The notes under the pieces were generated by a model. The model did not search any database, was not told the origin of the DNA, and was given only the letters and a program-made list of their open reading frames with translations. A DNA stretch of 64,000 bases, taken from the NCBI GenBank assembly GCA_963703225.1, contig OY969801.1, positions 704,001 through 768,000 on the forward strand, given 5' to 3'. Shown here piece after piece: positions 19,728 through 29,241 of the stretch (position 1 is its first letter; each line of letters begins with the position of its first letter). The position numbers and the translations under genes are program-made. The DNA is from Candidatus Eiseniibacteriota bacterium. Lineage in GTDB: Bacteria > Eisenbacteria > RBG-16-71-46 > SZUA-252.

Positions 19728-20663
19728 GTGCCCAGGCCGCCCCGCGCGCGCCTCACCATGCCGGAGCCGCTGCTCTTCCTGGGGCTCCGCGCATCCGAAT
19801 CGCAGCTCTCCAAAGCGCGAGTCGTGGTCATCCCCGCGCCGTTCGATCAGACGACCAGCTACCTGCCCGGTACCCGATTCGGGCCCAAGGCCATCCTCGA
19901 GGCCTCGCGCCAGGTGGAGTTCTACGACGAGGAGCTGGACCGCGAGCCGTTCGAGATCGGGGTCGCGACCCTGGCGGAGATCGAGGTCGAGCCGGCGGAC
20001 ATCGAGGCGGGGCTTCGGAAGCTCGAGGCGACGGTCGCGGAGGTGGCGGCGAAGGGGAAGATCCCGCTCACCCTCGGCGGCGAGCACTCGCTGACGTTGG
20101 CGCCCGGTGGCCGCCGCTGCGGGAGCGCTACCCGGGGCTGGCGGTGCTCCAGCTCGATGCCCACCTCGACTTGCGCGATTCATACCAGGGGACCAAGCTG
20201 AGCCACGCCTCCGTGATGCGGCGCGTGCGGGAGCTGGGCGTTCCCACCGTCGCGGTGGGCATCCGGAGCGTCTCGCGCGAGGAGGCCGACTATGTCCACG
20301 CCGAGAAGGCGCCGGTCTTTCTGGCCCGGGAGATCCGGGCCCGCGGGCTCGACGTGAGCGCCATCGTGGCGGCGCTGCCGAACCCCGTCTACGTTACGAT
20401 CGACTTGGACGTCTTCGATCCCGTCCTACGTGCCCGCGGTCGGGACGCCGGAGCCGGGCGGCCTCACCTGGGACGAGGTGCTCCGCCTCCTGCGCGCGGT
20501 CTGCGAGCGGCGGCAGGTGGTGGGGTGCGACATCGTCGAGCTATGCCCGATTCCCGGCCAGCCCGCGTCCGATTTCCTGGCCGCGAAGCTGGTCAACAAG
20601 GTGATCGGCTACCTGGGAATCGCCCCCGAGCGTGGCGGCCGGCCGGCCCGCCGGAAGCGCTGA
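19728..20663 (+). CDS. speB: Agmatinase (ureohydrolase family); frameshifts near 20105 and 20425
   Basis: GTRFGP, GGEHS, LDAHLD, SHA, GIRS, DLDVFDP, PAVGTPEPGG across three frames. Confidence 0.88.
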
Positions 20664-20664
20664 G

Positions 20665-21846
20665 GTGAGCATCGGGCGAATCATTCTCGGCAAGAACCAG
20701 GAACGGCGGCTTCGCGCCGGGCACCTCTGGGTCTTCAGCAACGAAATCGAGTCCATCGAGGAGACGCCCGAGCCGGGGGGCGAGGTCCTGGTCCTCGATC
20801 GCCGCGGCGGAATCGTCGGCGTCGGCCTTTACAATCCGCATTCGCTCATCGCCGTGCGCCTCTTTGCCCGACGCCAGCGCCCCATCGACCAGCCACTCTT
20901 TCGGGAACGTCTGGAGCGCGCGGTGGAGCTTCGCAAGCGCATCCTCCCGGTCGAGCAGACCTACCGCCTCGTATTCAGCGAGGGCGACTTTCTGCCGGGG
21001 CTCATCGTCGACCGCTACGGCGACTATCTCTCCGTCCAGAGCCTCACGCTGGGGATCGAGAAACGGATCGACATGATCCTCGACCTGCTGATGGAAACGC
21101 TCCACCCCTCCGCGATCATCTGCCGCCGAGATTCGCGCTCGAGGACGCACGAGCAGCTTCCGTTGATCGAGCCGCTCTTCCGCGGCAACGTTCCCGACCG
21201 GATCGATACTCCCTATGAAGGATTTGTTCTCGAGACCGATCTCAAGGGGGGACAGAAGACGGGCGAGTTCCTGGATCAGCGGGATAACAGGAAACGGGTC
21301 GCCCTGGAATCACGGGGGCGCCGCGTCCTCGATCTCTACTGCCACACCGGCCTCTTCTCTCTCCATTGCGCGACGGCCGGCGCGGCGTCGGTGATCGGGA
21401 TCGACAGCTCGGGTCCCGCCATCGAGCGGGCGCGGAACAATCATCGGCGCAACGCGTCGACCCGACAGGTCGAATTCCGCGAGGCGGAGGTGGAGAGCGC
21501 GCTGGAACAGTTCGAGCTCGACGGCCATCGATTCGAGCTGATCGTGATCGATCCGCCGTCTTTGGTGAAGAGCCGGAAGACGTTCCGCGAAGGCGCGGCC
21601 AAGTACGAGGCCCTGAACGCGTCGGCCATGCGCCTCATCCCTTCCGGGGGCATGCTCGCCTCGGCGAGCTGCTCGCACCATGTCGACGCGACGTCGTTCC
21701 TCGATATCTTGCGGGCGGCGGCGAAGAGGGCCGGGGCGGCGTTTCGGGTGGTCGAAGTGAGGGGGCAGAGCCGCGACCATCCCATGCTCCTGGCCGTGAG
21801 GGAGACGTCGTACCTCACGATGGTCCTCGCGGAGCGGATCCATTGA
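20665..21846 (+). CDS. rlmI: Class I SAM-dependent rRNA methyltransferase (RlmI-like)
   Basis: GHLWVFSNE PUA domain, EGDFLPGLIVDRY, GQKTGEFLDQRDN, DPPS, SCSHH. Confidence 0.85.
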   Translation: MSIGRIILGKNQERRLRAGHLWVFSNEIESIEETPEPGGEVLVLDRRGGIVGVGLYNPHSLIAVRLFARRQRPIDQPLFRERLERAVELRKRILPVEQTYRLVFSEGDFLPGLIVDRYGDYLSVQSLTLGIEKRIDMILDLLMETLHPSAIICRRDSRSRTHEQLPLIEPLFRGNVPDRIDTPYEGFVLETDLKGGQKTGEFLDQRDNRKRVALESRGRRVLDLYCHTGLFSLHCATAGAASVIGIDSSGPAIERARNNHRRNASTRQVEFREAEVESALEQFELDGHRFELIVIDPPSLVKSRKTFREGAAKYEALNASAMRLIPSGGMLASASCSHHVDATSFLDILRAAAKRAGAAFRVVEVRGQSRDHPMLLAVRETSYLTMVLAERIH

Positions 21847-21865
21847 TGCGAAATCGGGAGCGGCG

Positions 21866-22228
21866 ATGACCGAGCAAGAGCCCGAGCCGGGGTTGAGCCA
21901 GAAGGATCTCTTCCTCGGCCTGATCCATTCGTTCCAGGCCGCGGCGATGCAGCAGATGGGGAAGATCGCCAACCCCTACACGGATAAGATCGAGCGCGAC
22001 ATGCGTCAGGCCAAGCTCTCGATCGACATGCTCGAGATGCTTAAGGAGCGGACGAGTGGGAACCTGACGGGCGAGGAGACCCGGTTCATTCAGCACGTGT
22101 TGACCGAGCTGCGCCTGAACTACGTCGCCGAGGTGGAGGAGGAGAAGAAGGGATCCCAGGCTCCGCCGGCGTCCGGGGCTCCACCGGCGTCCCAGACTCC
22201 GCCGGCGTCCGGAGAGCCGAACCCCTAA
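21866..22228 (+). CDS. DUF1844-like protein
   Basis: AMQQMGKIANP, AKLSIDMLEMLKERTSGNL, LTELRLNYV. Confidence 0.8.
   Translation: MTEQEPEPGLSQKDLFLGLIHSFQAAAMQQMGKIANPYTDKIERDMRQAKLSIDMLEMLKERTSGNLTGEETRFIQHVLTELRLNYVAEVEEEKKGSQAPPASGAPPASQTPPASGEPNP
22154..22213 (+). repeat. About 3.3 copies of an 18-bp coding tandem repeat (S-x-x-P-P-A)
   Basis: tcccaggctccgccggcg / tccggggctccaccggcg / tcccagactccgccggcg. Confidence 0.75.
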
Positions 22229-22238
22229 CAGAGGTTCC

Positions 22239-23087
22239 CTATCCCCGCTTCGGGCCGCCCTTCCGCGGGCCCTCTTCTTCCCGCTTCACCGCTTCCCAGA
22301 GCCGGTCCAGCTCGGGGAGCCCCGCCCCCTCGGGCGAGCGTCCCTCGGCACCCAGCATCGCGACCACCCGGTCGAACCGGTGCCTGAACTTGTCCGTGGC
22401 CGCGCGCAGGCGGGCTTCGGGATCGATCTTCACGAACCTCGCGAGATTCACGGCCGCGAAGAGAAGATCCCCGATCTCCTTGGCGGCTTCGGCTTCCTCC
22501 CCCGCGACGATCGCCTCTTCGACCTCGGCTGTCTCCTCGCGGAGCTTGGCCAAAACCCCCTGCACGTTCTCCCAGTCGAATCCCACCGACGCCGCCTTCT
22601 CCTGGACGCGGTAGGCCGTGAGCAGAGCGGGGAGGCCGGCCGGGCTCGTGCCGAGGAGCGACCCGCCACCCTTTTCACGCCGCTTTCCCTCCTCCCACTG
22701 CCGGAGGACGCCCTGCGAATCGAGCCCTCCTCGCTCCCCGAATACGTGGGGGTGGCGCGCGATCATCTTGGCGATCGTCCCCCGCACCACCGAAGCGGGG
22801 GAAGTATTCCCCTCTCGCTCGAGGCGAACGGCGAGGAACGTGACCAGGAAGAGGAGGTCGCCCAGCTCCTCCACGGCCGCGGCCCCATCGTCGGCCGCGA
22901 TCGCGTCGGTGACCTCGTGCGCTTCCTCGACGATGTAAGGGGAGAGGGTCCGGCTCGTCTGCTCCCGATCCCACGGGCAGCCGTCGGGGCCGGAGAGGTG
23001 CCGAACCAAGTCAAGAAGCTCGGCCGCCGCCGCGGCGAACTCGGAGCGGTCGTGCGCCCGCGGGGAAGCTGGCTTCGAAGGGGTCAT
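22239..23087 (-). CDS. mazG: Nucleoside triphosphate pyrophosphohydrolase
   Basis: GCPWDREQT, EEAHEV, EELGDLL, RHPHVF, GFDW, EIGDLLF. Confidence 0.93.
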   Translation of the reverse strand: MTPSKPASPRAHDRSEFAAAAAELLDLVRHLSGPDGCPWDREQTSRTLSPYIVEEAHEVTDAIAADDGAAAVEELGDLLFLVTFLAVRLEREGNTSPASVVRGTIAKMIARHPHVFGERGGLDSQGVLRQWEEGKRREKGGGSLLGTSPAGLPALLTAYRVQEKAASVGFDWENVQGVLAKLREETAEVEEAIVAGEEAEAAKEIGDLLFAAVNLARFVKIDPEARLRAATDKFRHRFDRVVAMLGAEGRSPEGAGLPELDRLWEAVKREEEGPRKGGPKRG

Positions 23088-23193
23088 CCGGCGAGTGTAG
23101 AAGGGAAACGAGGTCGAAGTCCATGCGGCGCCGCTTGCTTCGGGATGGGCCGTGTGGTAGTCGTGGAGTGGCTGAGGCAAGGCCGCCACCAAT

Positions 23194-24447
23194 ATGGAAT
23201 TCCCCACCTGGGTTGAAGTCGACCTCGATCGCTTCCGCCGGAACCTCGGCGCCATCCGCGCGGCCATCGGAGCCGGGCGGCGGATCCTGCTCGTGGTCAA
23301 AGCCGACGCCTACGGGCATGGAGCCGTCGAGATCGCGCGCCACGCCATCGCCGCGGGCGTTCACATGCTGGGTGTGGCGACGCTCCACGAGGGGATCGAG
23401 CTGCGTAGCGCGGGGATCACCGCCCCGGTCGTCATCCTCAGCCCCACGCTCCTCTCCGAAGTCGATGAGATCATCGAGCACCGCCTCACCCCCTGCATCG
23501 GGACGCTGGAGTTTGCCGATCTCTTCTCGCGGCGCTGCGTGGCGCACCAGGTTCTCTCGCGGTTCCACGTCGAGGTGGATACCGGCATGGGCCGCACGGG
23601 AGTCGCGGACGGCGAGGCACTCCCCTTCATCGAGCGGGTCATCGAGATGCCGAATCTGACGCTGGAGGGCGTTTTCACCCATTTCCCGCATGCCGACAGC
23701 GGGCGCACCGACGTGACCGAGGAGCAGCTCCGCCGCTTTGGGGAGATACTTCGCGCTCTCTCCCTGCGCAAGATCGAGGTCCCGATCCGCCACGCGGCGA
23801 ACAGCGCCGGCATGCTGAGCGTGAAGGATTCCCATCTCGATATGGTCCGTCCCGGGATCCTTGCCTACGGGTTTTACCCCAGCGCCGAGGTACCCCAGTC
23901 CATCCCGGTCGAAGGGGTTATGTCCTTCAAGACGCGGATCGTCCAGTTACGGGATATACCGCCGGGGCGCTATATCAGCTATGGTCGCACCTATCAGACC
24001 TCCCGCTGGACCCGGGTCGCGGTCCTGCCGGTCGGTTACGGGCATGGGTATCCCTGGACTCTTTCGAATCGGGGCCAGGTGTTGATCCGCGGGAAACGGG
24101 CGCCGATCGTGGGCCGCGTCACCATGGATTTGACGATGGTCGACGCGTCAGGGATCGACGAGGCGTCGCTCGGCGACGAGGTCGTTCTGTGGGGGGAGCA
24201 GCGGGGAGCGCGGATCGGGCTCGACGAGGTCGCGGCCTGGGCGCAGACGATACCCTACGATCTTCTCTGCAGCATGGGGAAGCGGGTGGTGCGTATCTTC
24301 TTGGAATCAGGACATCCACCCAAGGTACTGACGCTGATTGGCGAGCGCCAGGAAGTCGAGGTGGCCGAGCTCGGAAGCGCCGGCACGGCGGGAAAACGCC
24401 GTCGCCGCAAGGTCCAGTATCGGACCCGGGCCGGTTCCTCGGGATGA
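23194..24447 (+). CDS. alr: Alanine racemase
   Basis: VVKADAYGHG PLP-lysine motif, VDTGMGRTG, ANSAG, VRPGI, GRVTMD. Confidence 0.95.
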   Translation: MEFPTWVEVDLDRFRRNLGAIRAAIGAGRRILLVVKADAYGHGAVEIARHAIAAGVHMLGVATLHEGIELRSAGITAPVVILSPTLLSEVDEIIEHRLTPCIGTLEFADLFSRRCVAHQVLSRFHVEVDTGMGRTGVADGEALPFIERVIEMPNLTLEGVFTHFPHADSGRTDVTEEQLRRFGEILRALSLRKIEVPIRHAANSAGMLSVKDSHLDMVRPGILAYGFYPSAEVPQSIPVEGVMSFKTRIVQLRDIPPGRYISYGRTYQTSRWTRVAVLPVGYGHGYPWTLSNRGQVLIRGKRAPIVGRVTMDLTMVDASGIDEASLGDEVVLWGEQRGARIGLDEVAAWAQTIPYDLLCSMGKRVVRIFLESGHPPKVLTLIGERQEVEVAELGSAGTAGKRRRRKVQYRTRAGSSG

Positions 24448-24454
24448 GGAGGGC

Positions 24455-24718
24455 ATGAGCGAGAGAGATTTCCAGGTCGGAGATTGGGTGCGGCACCCGG
24501 AGTTTGGGGACGGCTTGATCCTCGAGTCAAAGGGCGGGGGAGAGTCGGCGTCGGTGCTGGTCTCGTTCCCTGACAACTCCCGGCGGAGGCTTATGGTGCG
24601 GTTTGCGCGCCTGAGCTTGCTGGAGCCACCCCCATCCGCGAAGGGAAGGGCCGGCCACGCCGAGGAAAAGACGGGGGCCCGCGCCAAAGCCAGCCGCAAG
24701 CGCACCGGAAGCAAATAG
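24455..24718 (+). CDS. Stand-alone PcrA/UvrD C-terminal Tudor-like domain protein
   Basis: GAGGAGG SD; FQVGDWVRHPEFGDGLI..VSF..RRLMVRFARL plus basic tail. Confidence 0.7.
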   Translation: MSERDFQVGDWVRHPEFGDGLILESKGGGESASVLVSFPDNSRRRLMVRFARLSLLEPPPSAKGRAGHAEEKTGARAKASRKRTGSK

Positions 24719-24719
24719 G

Positions 24720-25130
24720 GTGACGGGCGTTGATGCCCCCGCCGCGCGCCTTTTGGCCGCGGCGCGTGCCCTGTTGCCGTCGGCGGCGGCCCGCTACTCC
24801 AAGTTCCGGGTCGCCGCGGTGGTCGAAGACGCTTCTGGCGGAGTTCACCCTGGCGTGAACGTCGAGAGCGTGAGCTACGGCCTTACCCTCTGCGCGGAAC
24901 GGGTCGCGCTTTCCGGCGCGCTCGCTCGCGGCGCGAAGAATTTTCGGAGAATCGCGGTCGTGGCGGATCGCGCCAAGCCGGTCCTCCCCTGCGGCGCCTG
25001 CCGCCAGCTCCTCTTGGAATATGCCCCCGATCTGCTGCTCATCGTGGAGGGCGCGGACGGAGGCGTCGAGGAGATCCCACTCCAAACGCTCCTTCCCCGT
25101 CCGTTTCTGAGCCTCGACGGGGCGTCCTGA
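24720..25130 (+). CDS. cdd: Cytidine deaminase
   Basis: YSKFRVAA, GVNVE, CAER, PCGACRQ. Confidence 0.93.
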   Translation: MTGVDAPAARLLAAARALLPSAAARYSKFRVAAVVEDASGGVHPGVNVESVSYGLTLCAERVALSGALARGAKNFRRIAVVADRAKPVLPCGACRQLLLEYAPDLLLIVEGADGGVEEIPLQTLLPRPFLSLDGAS

Positions 25131-25152
25131 TCCGGGTGCTCGACCCGAGACC

Positions 25153-26448
25153 ATGAAAGAACTGATCCGGCGCAAGAGGGACGGCGGCTCACTCTCCAAG
25201 GACGAGATCGACCGCTGGATCCGCGGGGTCGTGGACGGCACCGTGCCCGACTACCAGACCGCGGCGCTCTTGATGGCGATCACGCTCCGCGGCATGTCGC
25301 GCGAAGAGACGATCTCCCTGACCGAGGCGATGCTCCACTCCGGGCGCGAGCTCACGTGGACCAAGCTCGGCCGCCCGACCGTGGACAAGCACTCGACCGG
25401 CGGGGTTGGGGACAAGGTCTCGCTTGCCCTCGCGCCCTGGATCGCAGCGTGCGGCGCCTGCGTGCCGATGATCGCCGGGCGGGGGCTGGGGCACACCGGC
25501 GGCACGCTGGACAAGCTCGAGGCGATCCCCGGATTTCGGGTCCGCCTCAGCCTGGACGAGTTCTCCGCCCAGCTAGCGTCGATCGGGGTCGTCGTCGCGG
25601 GGCAGAGCGACGAGCTGGTGCCGGCCGACCGGGAGCTTTACGCGCTCCGCGACGTGACGGCCACGGTGGAATCGGTTCCGCTCATCGTGGCAAGCATTCT
25701 GAGCAAGAAGTTCGCGTCGGGGGCGGCGGGCGTCGTGTTCGACGTGAAGTGCGGCGGTGGGGCATTCATGCGGGGGCGCGAAGAGGGCGCGATCCTCGCG
25801 CGGGAGCTCCTCGAGACGTCACGGGCGCTGGGCCGGAAGGCCCGGGCGCTCCTCACCGACATGGAGCAGCCGCTGGGGTCCGAGGTGGGGAACGCCTGCG
25901 AAGCGGCGGAGGCGTTCGCGGTCCTGCGCGGCGAGGGACCGGAGGATCTCAGGTCCCTCACGCGCGAATTGGGTGCCGCGATGCTCGTCCTCTCGGGCGT
26001 GGCGCGGGAGCGACACGAGGCGGCCGCGCGGTTCGACCGAGCGCTCGACTCGGGCGAAGCGCTCCGCAGGGCCGAGGCTTGGATCGAAGCGCAGGGAGGC
26101 GATCCCGGCGTGGTGGCGGATCCGGGCAAGCTTCCGCGCGCCGACGTGGAGACCCAGGTGCCTGCGCCCCGATCTGGCTACGTGATGCGGATCGACGCGC
26201 GCGCGATCGGCGACCTCCTGGTCTCGATGGGCGGAGGGCGGACGCAGAAGGATGACCTCATCGACCCCGCGGTCGGGATCCGGTTGGTTCGAAAAGCCGG
26301 AGCCAAAGTGGAGGCGGGCGAGACGGTGGCGATTCTGGAGGCGCACGAGGAAGCTCCCGATTGGGCCGATGCGGCCTGCCGCGCCTACACGTTCGGCGAT
26401 GCGCCCCCTCCGGCGCGCCCGCTCATCCTGGACGAGGTGACGGCGTGA
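25153..26448 (+). CDS. pdp: Pyrimidine-nucleoside/thymidine phosphorylase
   Basis: KRDG, DKHSTGGVGDK, GRGLGHTGGTLDKLE, ASILSKK. Confidence 0.93.
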   Translation: MKELIRRKRDGGSLSKDEIDRWIRGVVDGTVPDYQTAALLMAITLRGMSREETISLTEAMLHSGRELTWTKLGRPTVDKHSTGGVGDKVSLALAPWIAACGACVPMIAGRGLGHTGGTLDKLEAIPGFRVRLSLDEFSAQLASIGVVVAGQSDELVPADRELYALRDVTATVESVPLIVASILSKKFASGAAGVVFDVKCGGGAFMRGREEGAILARELLETSRALGRKARALLTDMEQPLGSEVGNACEAAEAFAVLRGEGPEDLRSLTRELGAAMLVLSGVARERHEAAARFDRALDSGEALRRAEAWIEAQGGDPGVVADPGKLPRADVETQVPAPRSGYVMRIDARAIGDLLVSMGGGRTQKDDLIDPAVGIRLVRKAGAKVEAGETVAILEAHEEAPDWADAACRAYTFGDAPPPARPLILDEVTA

Positions 26449-27038
26449 GCCGCCTGCCGGCGGCTCGGATCGTGCCCGCCTCGCCCGACCGCTGGGAAGA
26501 TCTCGAGCATCTCTTCGGGCCGCGGGGCGCCTGCGCGGGATGCTGGTGCATGTGGTGGCGGCGTGAGCCCGCGGAATGGGGGCGCGGCAAGGGCGAAGGG
26601 AATCGCAAGGCGCTCCGGGAGGTCGTCCGCGGCGGCGATCCGCCGGGGCTCATCGCCTACGTGGCGGGTGTGCCGGCGGGATGGATCGCCGTCGCTCCTC
26701 GCGAGGCCTACCCAAGACTTCAGCGCTCGCGGTCCTTCAAGCCCCTCGACGACCGGCCGGTGTGGTCGGTGACCTGCTTTTTCGTCGCGCGCGAATTTCG
26801 AAAGCGCGGCCTCACCGTTCAGCTCCTCGAAGGGGCGGCCAAGTACGCGCGCAAACGGGGCGCGACCATGCTCGAGGGGTATCCGATCGAACCCGGCAAG
26901 GGTCGGGTGGCCGACGCGTGGGTGTTCACCGGGCTGGCGGCGGCGTTCCGTCGCGCGGGATTCGTGGAGGCGGCGCGTCCTTCCAGGACGCGCCCGATCA
27001 TGCGGCGGACGCTGGGACGGGAAAAGCCTAGAGCCTGA
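26445..27038 (+). CDS. GNAT family N-acetyltransferase
   Basis: CAGCWCMWW, WSVTCFFV..RKRG, LEGYP; GTGA overlap. Confidence 0.85.
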   Translation: MSRLPAARIVPASPDRWEDLEHLFGPRGACAGCWCMWWRREPAEWGRGKGEGNRKALREVVRGGDPPGLIAYVAGVPAGWIAVAPREAYPRLQRSRSFKPLDDRPVWSVTCFFVAREFRKRGLTVQLLEGAAKYARKRGATMLEGYPIEPGKGRVADAWVFTGLAAAFRRAGFVEAARPSRTRPIMRRTLGREKPRA

Positions 27039-29145
27039 GCCGCTCCTCGGGCGGAGCTTCGCTGTCGGTCTTCTGGAAGTCGTAGTTCTCCGGCGAAGGG
27101 CGCTCGGTGCCGGTGTGGACGTTGCAGTAGCTCGTGGGCTGCATCCCCTCCCGGAATAGCTCCAGCTCGGTCTCGGGGCAGGACGGGTTGGCCAGTAGTC
27201 CGGTTTGGGCGCAGATGAGCACGCTCACCACGCCGCTCGGCACCGGGAACTCTTGCGGCGCCTTCCCCTTGGTCGCGGCCTCGATGATGTCGACCCAGAT
27301 CGGGAGCGCGGCGGCCGCGCCGGTCATGCCGGGCCCGATCTTCTGCTTGCGATCGAACCCCACCCAAATGCCCGTGACGAGCCCGGGCACGTACCCGACG
27401 AACCAGGCGTCGCTGTAGTCGTCCGTGGTTCCGGTCTTCCCCGCCGCGGGCACCGTGAGACCGAGCGCGCGGGCGGAGGCGGCGGTTCCATTCTCGATCA
27501 CGCTCGAGAGCATGCTCGTCATGGTGAGCGCCGTCTCGGGGCTCAGCGCCTCTTCCGCCGAGGGCCGCGACTGCTCCAATACCTTTCCGTTCTTGTCCTC
27601 CACCCGAAGGACGTAGACCGGCGCGACCCGGATCCCCTGGTTTGCGAAAACCCCGTAGGAGGACGTTAGCTCGAGGAGGTTCACCTCGGAGGTTCCGAGG
27701 GCGAGCGACAGATCGCCCACCAACCGGCTCCGGATCCCCATGCGCTTCGCGTAGGCGGTCACGACGTTGGTCCCCAGCTTCTGGAGGAGCTTGGCCGCCG
27801 GCACGTTCACCGAGTGGGCCAGCGCGGATCGCAGCGTCACCGGACCGCGGAATCTCTTGTCGTAGTTCTGCGGCGCCCATTCCTGGCCGTTCCCGCCGCG
27901 GAACGATACCGGGGTGTCCAGGATGACGTCGGTCGGCGAGAATCCGTTGTCGATCGCGGCCGCGTAGATGAAGGGCTTGAACGCCGAGCCCGGCTGGCGG
28001 CTGGCCTGGACGGCTCGGTTGAAATTCGAGTCGTTGAAATCGCGCCCGCCGATCAACGCGCGGATTTGCCCGTTGGTGGGATCCAGGCTCACCACGGCGC
28101 CCTGGAGGTATTCGGTCTGGGTCTTATCCTTGGGGGCGCCGGCCTGGGGAGACTTGGCCGCGAGCGTGGCGCGCGTCCTCTTGTACTGGTTCCGCGCCTC
28201 CAGGGCCGTGAGACGCCGCTCCAGCGACTCCTCCGCCACGTTTTGCAGATCGATGTCCAGCGTCGTGTAGACCCGGAGTCCGCCTTCGTAGATCTGATTG
28301 GACCCGTACCGCTCGTCCAGATACTGACGGACCATTTCCATGAAGTAGGGCGCCGACCTCGTGTCGACCCTCGTCTTGGTCACGCCCAAGGGGGCATCGC
28401 AGGAGGTCTCGTACTGGGCGCGGTTGATCTGCTTGGTCTGGAGCATGGCGGCGAGAACGAGATTCCGCCGCCGGAGCGCGCGGTCGGGCTCTCGGCGCGG
28501 AGAATAGTCGCGGGGATTTCGCGGCAGGCCAGCCAGAAGCGCGCACTCCGGAAGCGTCAGCTCCTGCACCGGCTTTCCAAAGAAGACTTTGGACGCGGCG
28601 TCGATCCCGTAGGCCCCCTCGCCGAAGTAGATCTGGTTGAAGTACATCTCCAAGATCTCATCCTTCGTATAGGTCTGCTCGATCCGGATCGCGAGGACCA
28701 TCTCCTTGATCTTCCGCGTGAAGGTCTTCTCGTGGGTCAGGAAGAGGTTCCGGGCCAACTGCTGCGTGATGGTGCTGCCGCCCTGCTCGGGCCGGCCCGC
28801 GAGGACGTCGTTGACCAGCGCGCCCATGACGCGCATGGGATCGATGCCCCAGTGCGTGTAGAAACGCCGGTCCTCGATCGCGAGGATCGCGTCGACCATC
28901 GGCCTCGGAATTTGGCGGAGCGGGACGATGGAGCGGTTCTCTTTGTAGAACTCGTGGACGAGCTTTCCGTTGATGTCGTAGACGAGGGTCTTGACGGGAG
29001 GAGCGATGGTCTGAAGGCTGGTCGGGGAGGGAAGGTCCTTCCGGAGCCAATTCGCGACGCCCACGCCAACGCCGACGACGCCGCACAGAATGACGATCGT
29101 GGCGGCAGTCGAGAACTGAATTACCCGCTTCCAGCTTCTACTCAC
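27028..29145 (-). CDS. Class A penicillin-binding protein (PBP1A family)
   Basis: EDRRFYTHWG and GGSTITQQLARN transglycosylase motifs; SAFK, SVN, KTG transpeptidase motifs. Confidence 0.93.
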   Translation of the reverse strand: MSRSWKRVIQFSTAATIVILCGVVGVGVGVANWLRKDLPSPTSLQTIAPPVKTLVYDINGKLVHEFYKENRSIVPLRQIPRPMVDAILAIEDRRFYTHWGIDPMRVMGALVNDVLAGRPEQGGSTITQQLARNLFLTHEKTFTRKIKEMVLAIRIEQTYTKDEILEMYFNQIYFGEGAYGIDAASKVFFGKPVQELTLPECALLAGLPRNPRDYSPRREPDRALRRRNLVLAAMLQTKQINRAQYETSCDAPLGVTKTRVDTRSAPYFMEMVRQYLDERYGSNQIYEGGLRVYTTLDIDLQNVAEESLERRLTALEARNQYKRTRATLAAKSPQAGAPKDKTQTEYLQGAVVSLDPTNGQIRALIGGRDFNDSNFNRAVQASRQPGSAFKPFIYAAAIDNGFSPTDVILDTPVSFRGGNGQEWAPQNYDKRFRGPVTLRSALAHSVNVPAAKLLQKLGTNVVTAYAKRMGIRSRLVGDLSLALGTSEVNLLELTSSYGVFANQGIRVAPVYVLRVEDKNGKVLEQSRPSAEEALSPETALTMTSMLSSVIENGTAASARALGLTVPAAGKTGTTDDYSDAWFVGYVPGLVTGIWVGFDRKQKIGPGMTGAAAALPIWVDIIEAATKGKAPQEFPVPSGVVSVLICAQTGLLANPSCPETELELFREGMQPTSYCNVHTGTERPSPENYDFQKTDSEAPPEERLRL

Positions 29146-29241
29146 GGAGATTCCTCTCTCGAGGGCTTGCGCCCTTCGGCGGCTACGCTAGGTAACGACC
29201 CCGGAGCGGTCAAGACCCAATCTTGCTACACTACGCGCCCG

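Noticed and set aside
17684..19831. Long antisense or alternate-frame ORFs (also 27814-29241, 57066-58844)
   Set aside because: Typical shadow ORFs of high-GC coding DNA, with no motifs.
12100..22213. Short tandem repeats at 12100, 19530 and 22154 as a possible CRISPR array
   Set aside because: They are in-frame coding repeats without unique spacers, and no cas genes are present.
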